This document shows, piece by piece, positions 38,587-49,597 of a stretch of DNA of 61,172 bases. The DNA is taken from assembly GCA_964455655.1 (NCBI GenBank), contig CAYVWZ010000001.1, forward strand, positions 58,825 through 119,996, read 5' to 3'. Source of the stretch: Candidatus Woesearchaeota archaeon (GTDB taxonomy: Archaea > Nanobdellota > Nanobdellia > SCGC-AAA011-G17 > JACPNG01). How positions within the stretch are numbered: position 1 is the first letter of the stretch; each line of letters begins with the position of its first letter. The notes beneath the pieces were generated by a model. It searched no databases. It was given only the letters and a program-made list of their open reading frames with translations, and had not been told where the DNA came from. The position numbers and the translations under genes are program-made.

Positions 38587-39111
38587 GTGATAGCAATTCT
38601 TACAAAAAAAGACATAACAAAACATTATCATACCATACGCAAACTCCCACAACAAAAAATAACAAGAGATTACAAACTCAAAATTTTACAATTAGCAACA
38701 TTCTTCTTTATGGGAAGCATTATAGGAAGCCTCATAGACACTGTATATAGAAGCATTATCGATGGGCACTGGTCCTATCAAAGCTATTTTGGACAATTGC
38801 TAGGATTACCCGTTCCCTTCATGCCCGTATACGGATTAGGACTTGTCTTACTCTATCTTCTCATCACCTACCTACGAGAAAGACCTCTCCTCATTAGAAT
38901 CTTTATTTATGCAGTATGCTTCACCATGCTCGAATTCATAGGGGGAGCATTCACACAAGCAACATTAGGAATGAGATTATGGGATTATTCTAACAATCCC
39001 CTCAACTTCCAAGGACACGTAGATATTTTACATACACTTTATTGGATACTCCTAGGACTTGCAACAGAGAAGATCATTCAATTCCACAAGAAATTATGGA
39101 ATCATGCTTAA
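38587..39111 (+). CDS. Putative ABC transporter permease family membrane protein (CmpB/DUF1113-like)
   Basis: FF.GS..G...D, PFMPVYG.G, LE...G.......RLWDYSNNPLNFQGHV. Confidence 0.75.
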   Translation: MIAILTKKDITKHYHTIRKLPQQKITRDYKLKILQLATFFFMGSIIGSLIDTVYRSIIDGHWSYQSYFGQLLGLPVPFMPVYGLGLVLLYLLITYLRERPLLIRIFIYAVCFTMLEFIGGAFTQATLGMRLWDYSNNPLNFQGHVDILHTLYWILLGLATEKIIQFHKKLWNHA

Positions 39112-39709
39112 CTAACTTCTGCATTAAATGATTCAAATTATCACGAGAGCCCTCAACAAGATAAATAGTCTTACCTTGCTTTTCATTCTTATCAATATGC
39201 ACACTTAACAAACGATATGAAATACCAAATGATTCAAGCTCTTGCTGCAACTCAGCTTCTAACAAACTTAATTTTGCTTGAATAATAATCTTCTTTTGAT
39301 ATGAACCAATACCATAATGCTCAAGAATTTTATCAGAGAACACAACAACCCACACTAATGCATACAAAATAGCAGCAATACCATACTGACCAATACCAAT
39401 AATCAACCCAACAATAGCAAATAACCAAATAGCAGAAGCTGTTGTAAACCCAAAGACCTTATCAGAATTCTTAATCAATGCACCAGCACCTAAGAAACCA
39501 ATACCCGTAACAATAGCACCTAATAAGACAAAACCATTCTCCAAAAAGTTTGAAACCGCTAATACTCCTAAGGCACACGCACCTAAGGAAACGAAAATAA
39601 ATGTACCAAATCCAACAGGCTTGTGAGAACGCTGACGTTCATACCCAAAGACCATTGCTGCAATAAATGTTATTACCAACTTTACTGCAATAATCATAAT
39701 TTCTGCCAT
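39074..39709 (-). CDS. mgtC: MgtC/SapB family protein
   Basis: GYERQ...KPVGFGTF, IVTGIGFLGAG.I, GFTTASAIW. Confidence 0.9.
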   Translation of the reverse strand: MAEIMIIAVKLVITFIAAMVFGYERQRSHKPVGFGTFIFVSLGACALGVLAVSNFLENGFVLLGAIVTGIGFLGAGALIKNSDKVFGFTTASAIWLFAIVGLIIGIGQYGIAAILYALVWVVVFSDKILEHYGIGSYQKKIIIQAKLSLLEAELQQELESFGISYRLLSVHIDKNEKQGKTIYLVEGSRDNLNHLMQKLVKHDSIISCGIE

Positions 39710-39785
39710 GATGGCCCGTATCTTGAAATCTCTATTTAATCATTTGTTACTACATCTTAAGAAAATACTATTTACTAAGGAAGAA

Positions 39786-40466
39786 TTATTCATGAAAATG
39801 AACTTCCTCATGACGAGGAATAGCACCCGTTAGAGAAGAAATAAGCCATTCTAGACCTCTAAAGAACCTTATCTTATCTAACAACGGATTAAGCCAACCT
39901 GTTGTAATACAATAGGACTCTGTATACGGCTTTGAATGATGCTTCTTATGAGCTTTCGGAGATAAAATAACACCATACTTTTGCAACCAAGAAATAATCT
40001 TATTTTGATGAGCCTGATGAGACCATTTATGAACTTGATTCGTTAACATTGAAAAGAAACAAAGAGAACCTAGAAACACAACAGCAAAAATACTTCCACG
40101 AGAATCTAAAGAAATATTTGCAGTAGCAATAATAACAGGAACAACAACTAAGAAATTCAAAATATTTGCTTCAAAAAAATCATGACGCGTAATACCTAAC
40201 TGATCAACATGATGTAACCTAAAAGATTTCAGAACATACGTACCAAGAAGAGGAATCCTCGAATCACCCCACGTATCACAAGCCCAATGAACCAAACCAG
40301 AGAACAAATCAGCAGCAAGAATACCTAAAAAAATCCCAAGAACAACATCAACAACTTGTAATTCAACAAAATATAATGCACGAAGAAGTTTAATAAAAAA
40401 AATAGCAATCGTTGATAACGCAACAACACCTAACAACCACGTAGCAAATCTACCCCACGAAATCAT
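39786..40466 (-). CDS. carF: CarF/TMEM189 (PEDS1) family lipid desaturase
   Basis: ADLFSGLVHWACDTWG, FRLHH, TRHDF, NQVHKWSH, HKKHH, YCITTGWLNPLLD. Confidence 0.88.
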   Translation of the reverse strand: MISWGRFATWLLGVVALSTIAIFFIKLLRALYFVELQVVDVVLGIFLGILAADLFSGLVHWACDTWGDSRIPLLGTYVLKSFRLHHVDQLGITRHDFFEANILNFLVVVPVIIATANISLDSRGSIFAVVFLGSLCFFSMLTNQVHKWSHQAHQNKIISWLQKYGVILSPKAHKKHHSKPYTESYCITTGWLNPLLDKIRFFRGLEWLISSLTGAIPRHEEVHFHE

Positions 40467-40510
40467 AATGATAAGATCAAGAAAGGATTTTTAAGTGTAT
40501 CTTTATAGAT

Positions 40511-41008
40511 TTATTTCTGATCGTATGCTTTTTGTAATGCCTTAATATCAATCTTTTTCATTTGCATCATAGCTTTCATAACATTCTGCGCTTTCTTAGG
40601 ATCTTTATCTGTTAACATTTTAGGTAAAATAGAGGGAGTTACTTGCCATGATACACCATACTTATCTTTTAGCCAACCACAAACAGATTCTTGACCACCT
40701 TTTGTTAATTTATCCCAAAAATAATCAACTTCTTTCTGATCATTACAATCAATAATAAATGAAACAGCTTCTGTAAATTTGAAAATAGGACCACCATTTA
40801 ATGCAAGAAATTCTTGACCTTCAATTTGGAATTCAATCGTTAATACAGAACCTTTCGGCATACCAGAAGCCTTCGCAGAGGCATCATCATAACGAAGAGT
40901 TTTTCCAATTTTAGAGTTTTTGAAAACAGATGTATAAAATTTTACAGCTTCTTCAGCTTTATTATCGAACCATAAACATGGAGTTATTTTTTGTTTAATT
41001 GTTGCCAT
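40511..41008 (-). CDS. VOC-family protein (PhnB / 3-demethylubiquinone-9 3-methyltransferase-like)
   Basis: ITPCLWFD, ALNGGP, CGWLKDKYGVSWQV. Confidence 0.9.
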   Translation of the reverse strand: MATIKQKITPCLWFDNKAEEAVKFYTSVFKNSKIGKTLRYDDASAKASGMPKGSVLTIEFQIEGQEFLALNGGPIFKFTEAVSFIIDCNDQKEVDYFWDKLTKGGQESVCGWLKDKYGVSWQVTPSILPKMLTDKDPKKAQNVMKAMMQMKKIDIKALQKAYDQK

Positions 41009-41085
41009 AACGTGTAGAAAGCTTAGACGTTTTTAAGATTATCTAGCCTAGAAAGTTTAAAATAAAAGGAGTTAAATCAAATTTT

Positions 41086-42078
41086 ATGGAAGAGTTAGAG
41101 TTAGTTGATAGTATTGAAGCAATTATAGATAAAGAAGAGCTTGATCAACGTAGAATAATAAGCGTTGATGGCAAACAAAGAACCCCTTGGACGCTGTCTA
41201 CAAACCAAATTGATTATCCGCATGTGGAGTTACTAATAGATATTTTCAGTATCACAGAAAATAATCCTTCTTTAAAAGACCCTTTTATTAGAACTTTACA
41301 AAATACTATAGCTACAGAAGCGGATCCCAGAACTCCGCTCCCTTTCTATGCATTGGTAAAATTAAACTTTACGAAACAAGCAATAACTGCTCTAGACGAG
41401 AGACGACTATATGGGCTGTCATCTGATGTGTTTTTAGCATTCTTAATTGATCTATTCAAAGAAGAAAACCAATATTTTACAAATTTAGACCTAAATGAAA
41501 TATTAAAAATACTAAGTAGACTTAATATCTCTCCAGTTTTTGTTCATCTTAAAGATGAATTAATGAAATCTATTATTATCAAACGTTTTGAAAATGTTGA
41601 ATTAAACATTAAGAGGATTAATGTAGAAATTAATCAAGATAAAAAAACTGTTATTAAAAAAATCCGATATTTAGGATTTGAAGACAAGTATGCTGAGCTG
41701 CTTATTGAAATTGATAGATATATTTATGGTGATACACCTCGAATTGTTAATAGTGGAATGATTGGTAATTTGAGAGCTTTTTTAGAAGGGATGATAATAG
41801 ATCTAAGCAAAAAAATTTCTATCGAATTACAAGAAGAAATCCCTAAGCTGAAAGATAAAAGTGATCTTGGAAACCGCAGAGTCTATCTAAAACAAAAACT
41901 AGATCTCAGCGATCACGATCATGAATTAATTGACGCTTTTGTGCAAATTCTTCATGATGAAGGAGGCCATGCATTCCTTTCTGAAAAAGAATATTTTAGA
42001 CTTTCAAAAAATATGGTGATTGAGATTACTCTTCTATTACTTTCTAGATATGAATCACTAAATAAACTAAAAAAATAA
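41086..42078 (+). CDS. Hypothetical AT-rich protein; C-terminal helical domain reminiscent of Abi_C/HEPN-like folds
   Basis: 330-aa ORF; GNLRAFLE...LHDEGGH; atypical base composition. Confidence 0.55.
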   Translation: MEELELVDSIEAIIDKEELDQRRIISVDGKQRTPWTLSTNQIDYPHVELLIDIFSITENNPSLKDPFIRTLQNTIATEADPRTPLPFYALVKLNFTKQAITALDERRLYGLSSDVFLAFLIDLFKEENQYFTNLDLNEILKILSRLNISPVFVHLKDELMKSIIIKRFENVELNIKRINVEINQDKKTVIKKIRYLGFEDKYAELLIEIDRYIYGDTPRIVNSGMIGNLRAFLEGMIIDLSKKISIELQEEIPKLKDKSDLGNRRVYLKQKLDLSDHDHELIDAFVQILHDEGGHAFLSEKEYFRLSKNMVIEITLLLLSRYESLNKLKK

Positions 42079-42091
42079 TTGAAGAAAAAAA

Positions 42092-42137
42092 GATATCATG
42101 CAATAGACATTCATTAGAAATTCTTAAGAAAATTCCA
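42092..42137 (-). other. 3' arm of the pre-23S processing stem (pairs with 45013-45056), with BHB motif
   Basis: About 30-bp duplex GATATCATGCA...AGAAATTCT; central AGAA/UUCU helix flanked by 3-nt bulges. Confidence 0.8.
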
Positions 42138-42139
42138 TC

Positions 42140-45010
42140 GCACTATTAGTATGTGCAGGCTTAACATCTCGTTACCTTGATGCTTATACCCCACACCTAT
42201 CAAACGAGTGTTCTTTCTCGTGTGCTCCTTCTCTTTTCAAGGAGGGCTTCGTTCTTAGATGCTTTCAGAACTTATCCCGTAAGGCGTAGCTGCTCGACCT
42301 GCCTTGTCAGACAATCGATACACCAGTGGCCTCGAACCATCGTTCCTCTCGTACTAAATGGTCCTTCCCCTCAGAAGATCTGCAAATCCGGTAGATATCA
42401 TACAAACTGTCTCGCAACGTTCTTAACCCAGCTCGCGAACCCTTTTAATAAGTGAACACCTTCACCCTTGGCCGCTTCTGCACAGCCAGGATAGGATGAG
42501 CCGACATCGAAGTAGCAAGCAGCGCCGTCGATATGAGCTCTTAGGCGCTACGACTCAATTATCCCCGAGATAGCTTTTCTGTCATGTCTAGCCCCCATCA
42601 ATGAGGACATAGAAGTTCGCTAGACCCGACTTTCGTCCCTGGATTTCGTATTGTTTGAAATCCAGTCAAGCCAGCTTTTGCTCTTGCACTCTACAGAGGA
42701 TTTCTAAACCTCTTGAGCTGACCTTTGGGCCCTACTGATATCTTTTCAGCAGGGTCCCGCCCCAGGCAAACTGTCCGCCAGTAGCTGTCCTCCATAAGGA
42801 GTCAAGCGATGTAGAATGCAGAGGGTAGTATCTCACTGAAGTCTACACGTAAACTGGCGCCTACGCTTTAACGACTCCTACCTATGCTTAACACCACACT
42901 CCACACCGCAACCACAAGCTACAGTAAAGTTCTACGGGGTCTTCGCTTCCCACCGGAATTCTCTGGACTTTGCACCAGAAAGTTATGTTCGGGAGGATCC
43001 ATGTAAAGACAGTGGGGACCTCGTTACACCATTCATGCAGGTCGCCAATCAAGCGACAAGGCATTTCGCTACCTTAAGAGAATTATAGTTATTCCCGCCG
43101 TTTACTAGCTCTTCACTCCCTTGAAAAGAAGCTTAAAGTACTAGCACTGGGCAGATGTCACTTCCTATACAAACCATTACTGGCTAGCAGGAAGTTACGT
43201 TTTTGTTAAACAGTCGGGCCCCCTTAGTTATTGCATCCTGTACTCGCATTTTTACAACACAAGCGCAGGAACCCCTTATGCCGAAGTCACGGGGCTAAAT
43301 TGCCGAATTCCTTTACATAGTTTGTCCTCTCATACCTTGGGCTCCTCACCCAGGACACCTGTGCCGGTACTGAGTACGGATATAGATGATCCTTCTCGTC
43401 TGCTTTTTCACGGGCTCTAGGCCTCTACCTAACTAACAAACGCTAGCCACTCTAAGATTTTCTCAAGTTCTCACCATTACAGTACTCCCTTGACATATTC
43501 TTATTCGCAATCACGACAGTGATTGTAGGTATAGCCCCAAACGTCAGCATGACGAGCTTTCGTTACCGAGCGTACATCTATAGTACTGGAATATTAACCA
43601 GTTTACCTCTTCCCACGATTCTTATTAAGAATGCGGTTAGGACCGACTAACTCTTAGCTGATTTGCAGTGCTAAGAAACCCTTGTCCTTCCGGTATTAGA
43701 GATTCTCACTCTATATAGGTCCTACTACTACCAGGATACTTATTCGAACACGGTCCACCAACACTTACATGAAGGCTTCTATCCATGCACGACACCTGTC
43801 TACCACAACGTCTATTCGACGCATCTAGAGTATCGGTAGTTCATTTAGCCCCGTCCATTTTCGGGGCACTACACCTTGACGGGTGAGCTATTACGCTTTC
43901 TTTAAAGGATGGCTGCTTCTAAGCCAACCTCCCCGCTGTCTCTGGTGTAATACACCCTTCACCCTTTCACACTTAATGAACATTTAGGGACCTTAACTCT
44001 AGGCTGGGATGTTCCCCTTTTGGGACACACGCTTACCGCGCGCCCCTGATTCCCACCGTCTACGATGTTCCCACATTTGGAGTTGAACAAGAAGCCGAGA
44101 GATTTCTCTCCCAAAACCTCAAATCCGTCGCTCTACAATGAAAACTATCTCGGGTGAGACTATTCTGAGGCATATTTCGACAGGAACAGGCTATGAGCGA
44201 GTTCGATTGGCTTTTCACCCCTAATCCTGAGTCAGAAGAGCACATGTCCATAGCACCTCTTCGGGCCTCCACCCCATATTACTGAGGCTTCGCCCTGCTC
44301 GGGATTAGATCACCCGCGTTCCGGTCAGATCCCCGTGACTTAAGGCACTTTCACACCTCGCTCCTCGCAAGCTGCGAGCTTTCGCTTTCGCTCCGCGTTC
44401 GTACCGTTAGTACTTACGCTCGCCACGAAGACCAACTCCCTGGCCCGTTATTCAAAACGTACGGTGCAACTTTCGCCGCACCATTCTATAACCGTAAGGT
44501 TTCAGGATCTTTTCACACTCTGTCACGAGTGCTTTTCAATGTTCCATCACAGTACTATTCGCTATCGGACTCAAGACATATTTAGCGTTAGGAGTTGATG
44601 CCTCCCATATTCGTGCCTCATATCCAAGGGACACTACTCTTGATACTTGCCCATCTTTCACGATAATCCTACGGGGCTATCACCCTGTATCGCAAATCAT
44701 TCCAGATCACTTCGGATTACCATACGAAGACTTTATGCAAGTCACACCACATGTCGCTTCTATTTCTAGAAGAGATTCGGTTTGCGCTGAACGGTTTTCG
44801 CTCGCTGTTACTCACCGCATCTCGATTGATTTCTTTTCCTGCGGGTACTTAGACGCTTCAGTTCCCCGCGTTATATACCCTCTCGGGCTTAGAAGGAAGT
44901 CCTATTCAGGAATCTTAGGTTCGTAGGCCGCATGCGCCTCGCCTAAGCATTTCGTAGCTTGCCACGCCCTTCTTCTTTGTTCTTGAGCCGAATCATCCAC
45001 CTTACGGCGT
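42140..45010 (-). rRNA. rrl: 23S ribosomal RNA (ends approximate)
   Basis: Sarcin-ricin loop AGUACGAGAGGAAC, PTC GAUGUCGG, AGCGAAGACCCC; about 2.87 kb, so no large intron. Confidence 0.97.
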
Positions 45011-45164
45011 AGTGGATTCTATATAGAATTTCTAATGAATGCCTATGCATGATATCATGAAAATGAAAATCATTTTCTCTGCCTCGTAAGGCAATGATAT
45101 CCTTCACCCACAATCTTACGATTCGTGAGCTGCATCGATATGTGTCAAATTGATGACTATGAAA

Positions 45165-45276
45165 TGGACTCGTCGGGATTCGAACCCAAGACCTCCGCCT
45201 CACTTGGGAAGTCTTAGACTTTAATCTCAAACGTTTCCGTGCAAGGGCGGCGCTCTACCAGCTGAGCTACGAGCCC
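45165..45276 (-). tRNA. tRNA-Ala(UGC) with a 39-nt intron at position 37/38 (intron 45201-45239)
   Basis: GGGCUCG/CGAGUCC acceptor stem with G3-U70, anticodon UGC, T-loop UUCGAAU, canonical BHB (CUUG/CAAG central helix). Confidence 0.95.
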
Positions 45277-45362
45277 AATATATGAGATTGTACAAGATGT
45301 ATCTACAGAAGGAGTAACGAATTCTAGGTTGATATTAGGTTTTCATAAAAATGAAAAAAATT

Positions 45363-46835
<1,473 letters not shown>

Positions 46836-46875
46836 TATATTATTGGTCGCAAATGAATATGTATTAGGAATTGTG

Positions 46876-46916
46876 GAATTCGCACTCCTTATTTCTGCTA
46901 CATCTTGTACCTCATA
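46876..46916 (-). other. 5' arm of the pre-16S processing stem (pairs with 45281-45324), BHB-like
   Basis: Inverted repeat GAATTCG..ACTCCTT..TACATCTTGTAC..CTCATA; 4-bp helix between 3-nt and 4-nt bulges. Confidence 0.8.
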
Positions 46917-47036
46917 CTTACGCAATATGGTAAGTACGCACTATGATAGAGTACTCTCTTCATGAGAGTGGATTATAATTCGAAAAAGCTCTATCAACTT
47001 TTTCACATGTGAATGGGAAAGCAATCCTGAAGTCTT

Positions 47037-47051
47037 TTTATAAAGCTTTCG
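47037..47051 (-). promoter_or_regulatory. rRNA operon promoter (BRE plus TATA)
   Basis: CGAAAG-C-TTTATAAA on the minus strand, about 200 nt upstream of 16S. Confidence 0.7.
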
Positions 47052-47153
47052 TGTTGAAAGGCGTTTTGAAAGCCACCTTCCCTCAAAAAAAGAAAGGATA
47101 CTCTCTTCATCTAGAACAATAAATCTTAAAAGAGAATTTTTAGGATTGTTCGT

Positions 47154-47762
47154 ATGCTTAGAGCAAAAAAACTATCTGAAGATGTTTACGAGTTCTCAGG
47201 GGGAATACAACCAAGTTCTAACATCTACTACATACCATCACTACGAACCATTATTGATACGGGAAGCTCAATTAATAGAGATGACTTAAGATACCAACTA
47301 GAGGTCTTACGAACAAAACCCTCATTCATACAGAATGTTATTCTAACACACTTCCACTCAGACCATATTGGAAATGTAACACTATTCCCCAACGCAACCA
47401 TCTATGCATCAGGAGAAGAAATAGGAAGTTATCGCTTAGCACCATTCAAAACAACGGGAAGCAATCAAAAATTATTACAAGGAATACCTATTAAAATAGT
47501 TCCAGAACGAATAGGAACATTACGAATCATTTCAACACCTGGGCATACACGAGGATCAATATGCATTTACAAAGAAGATGATAAGCTCTTATTCACAGGA
47601 GACACTTTATTTAGAAATGGAGCCATAGGAAACACTACACTGCCAACATCCGCGCCACATAAAATACAAGAAACATTACAAAAACTCCTTAAATTTCCGT
47701 ACAAGGAATTAGGACCAGGGCACAATTTAGAAGATGGACTCGTACTACAACAACATCACTAA
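47154..47762 (+). CDS. Metallo-beta-lactamase-fold hydrolase (glyoxalase II-like)
   Basis: IIDTG, THFHSDHIG, TPGHTRGS, LFTGDTLF, GPGH. Confidence 0.9.
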   Translation: MLRAKKLSEDVYEFSGGIQPSSNIYYIPSLRTIIDTGSSINRDDLRYQLEVLRTKPSFIQNVILTHFHSDHIGNVTLFPNATIYASGEEIGSYRLAPFKTTGSNQKLLQGIPIKIVPERIGTLRIISTPGHTRGSICIYKEDDKLLFTGDTLFRNGAIGNTTLPTSAPHKIQETLQKLLKFPYKELGPGHNLEDGLVLQQHH

Positions 47763-48189
47763 CTATAATGAATTATATGGTGATGAACAACGAAAAAAAC
47801 TTTCTTTGATTAAAAAAATATTTGGAAATCAAGAAAAAGTATTAGATGTAGGATGTGGAACATTATTATCAAAAGAATTCTTCCTGCACATTATAGGAAT
47901 TGATCCGAGTGAAAAACTATTACCAAAAGAAGGAATCGTAGGAACTGCTGAACACTTACCATTCCCTGACAAGAGCTTTGATTTAGTTATTTGCGTAACA
48001 GTCTTACAAAATGTTCATGATAAAGAAAAAGCACTACAAGAAATACAGAGAGTTAGTAAAGGAAAAGTAGCTATTACCCTCTTGAAAAAGTCACCACATT
48101 TTGCTACCATGAAAAAACTCGTTATAAAATATTTCCCAAACATGAAAGAATTAGAAGAAGAAAAAGACCTTATACTCTATCAATGCTAA
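47734..48189 (+). CDS. Class I SAM-dependent methyltransferase (Methyltransf_11-like)
   Basis: VLDVGCGT, GIDPS, AEHLPFPDKSFDLV. Confidence 0.85.
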   Translation: MDSYYNNITNYNELYGDEQRKKLSLIKKIFGNQEKVLDVGCGTLLSKEFFLHIIGIDPSEKLLPKEGIVGTAEHLPFPDKSFDLVICVTVLQNVHDKEKALQEIQRVSKGKVAITLLKKSPHFATMKKLVIKYFPNMKELEEEKDLILYQC

Positions 48190-48196
48190 ATGTTGC

Positions 48197-48475
48197 TCAA
48201 CTATACACCATCCGCATATAACGACGAAAAACACCAACATAACTATATTCTTCATGAGCACCCTCACATACTTCAAGATATCCTTGAGATTCTAAATCAG
48301 TAAGAGCCCTATGAATACGTTGCGGATCAATATTAGGCATGGACTCCAACAAAGTAAGAGTTCTATACCCACCACGTCTTCTTGCGATTCCTAAGAGCAC
48401 ATCTCTTAATTCCCTTTCTGCTTCCGCATCTCTATTTTTACCCTGCTCACGCGCTACATCTAACAATGATTGCAT
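48197..48475 (-). CDS. Hypothetical protein, possible winged helix-turn-helix
   Basis: RIHRALTDLESQGYLEV resembles a wHTH recognition helix plus wing. Confidence 0.5.
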   Translation of the reverse strand: MQSLLDVAREQGKNRDAEAERELRDVLLGIARRRGGYRTLTLLESMPNIDPQRIHRALTDLESQGYLEVCEGAHEEYSYVGVFRRYMRMVYS

Positions 48476-48572
48476 TTGCCTCTTGCATCTTTTTCGGTTA
48501 AAAAATGTTTATTCTCCACAACATCTATATTAACTACAAAATTTTTATTAATACGAGTCAATTGCCAACTTT

Positions 48573-49271
48573 ATGAAAACAAAAGAAAAAATCGTTCTTA
48601 TAGATTTTGGAGGAACACTCATCAAGCCAGAAATCCTTGATGAAGCAAACAAAATGCGTTCCGCAATACTCGAAAAAGGACTACCAACACGAGAAGAACA
48701 TGCACACTCTGAAACATTATACAAGAACAACAGAGAATTTGTAGAAAAATTAACAGGAATTACCTCTGATATGATCCTACGCTACACCACCAACACCCGA
48801 CAAGAAATAACCATAACGGGAGAAGAGATGCAAAATCAAATATCTACAAACTTATTCCAAATAGGAATGTACATGGTAGCAAAAAAACATGGAGTACATA
48901 TTTACCCCCAAGGATTCATAGAACAATTAGGACGAATACAAAAATTAGGATACAAACTCGCAATAGCATCTGGAGTTAGAACAGAAATTATTTCAGGGAT
49001 GTTAGCAATAACACAGACACCCATAGAATTTGATTATATCTTCGGACAACCACCCATCTTAGGAATAAACAATGAAGAACATGTAGCACAATTACAACGA
49101 AGAGGAGATATTATTTTTATTATAGGAGACAAAATGAGCGATCTAGAACCAGCAAAACTTGTCCATGCAAAAACAATATTTGTAACATGGGGAACACCAA
49201 CAGGTGGAGAAGAATCCGTCGCAGACCATACCATTACAAAAGCAGAACAATTAGAACGAATTATACTTTAA
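48573..49271 (+). CDS. HAD-family hydrolase
   Basis: LIDFGGTL, IASG, IGDKMSDL. Confidence 0.8.
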   Translation: MKTKEKIVLIDFGGTLIKPEILDEANKMRSAILEKGLPTREEHAHSETLYKNNREFVEKLTGITSDMILRYTTNTRQEITITGEEMQNQISTNLFQIGMYMVAKKHGVHIYPQGFIEQLGRIQKLGYKLAIASGVRTEIISGMLAITQTPIEFDYIFGQPPILGINNEEHVAQLQRRGDIIFIIGDKMSDLEPAKLVHAKTIFVTWGTPTGGEESVADHTITKAEQLERIIL

Positions 49272-49561
49272 ATTTTTGGAGGAATCTCTGTAAAAGTACT
49301 ACCAGGCCTATAGGGGGCATCATATCTTCTAGCTATTTCACAAAACTTATCTACAATTTGAGGCAGTTGATTTGGAGGAGCGCATACCATAAAACTTATT
49401 GGATATTCTCGAAATAAACCATCTGATTGACTAACGCTACACTCATCTCTTACTAATTCACGAAGACCCTCACGAAACTGAGTTGGACCATGATCCCTAT
49501 CGCGTGGTTTACTTATTAATTCAAATTCATCTAAAGTAAACACTTGTGTAATACGTACCAT
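49268..49561 (-). CDS. Hypothetical protein (orphan-like)
   Basis: 97-aa ORF, TTTAAAA box about 20 nt upstream. Confidence 0.55.
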   Translation of the reverse strand: MVRITQVFTLDEFELISKPRDRDHGPTQFREGLRELVRDECSVSQSDGLFREYPISFMVCAPPNQLPQIVDKFCEIARRYDAPYRPGSTFTEIPPKI

Positions 49562-49597
49562 AGCATTTTGTAAATCTCAGAGTTTTAAAGAATTTCG

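Noticed and set aside
40511-41008. Ubiquinone methyltransferase activity
   Set aside because: The family name is a legacy label; the sequence is a VOC/PhnB fold with no SAM-binding motif
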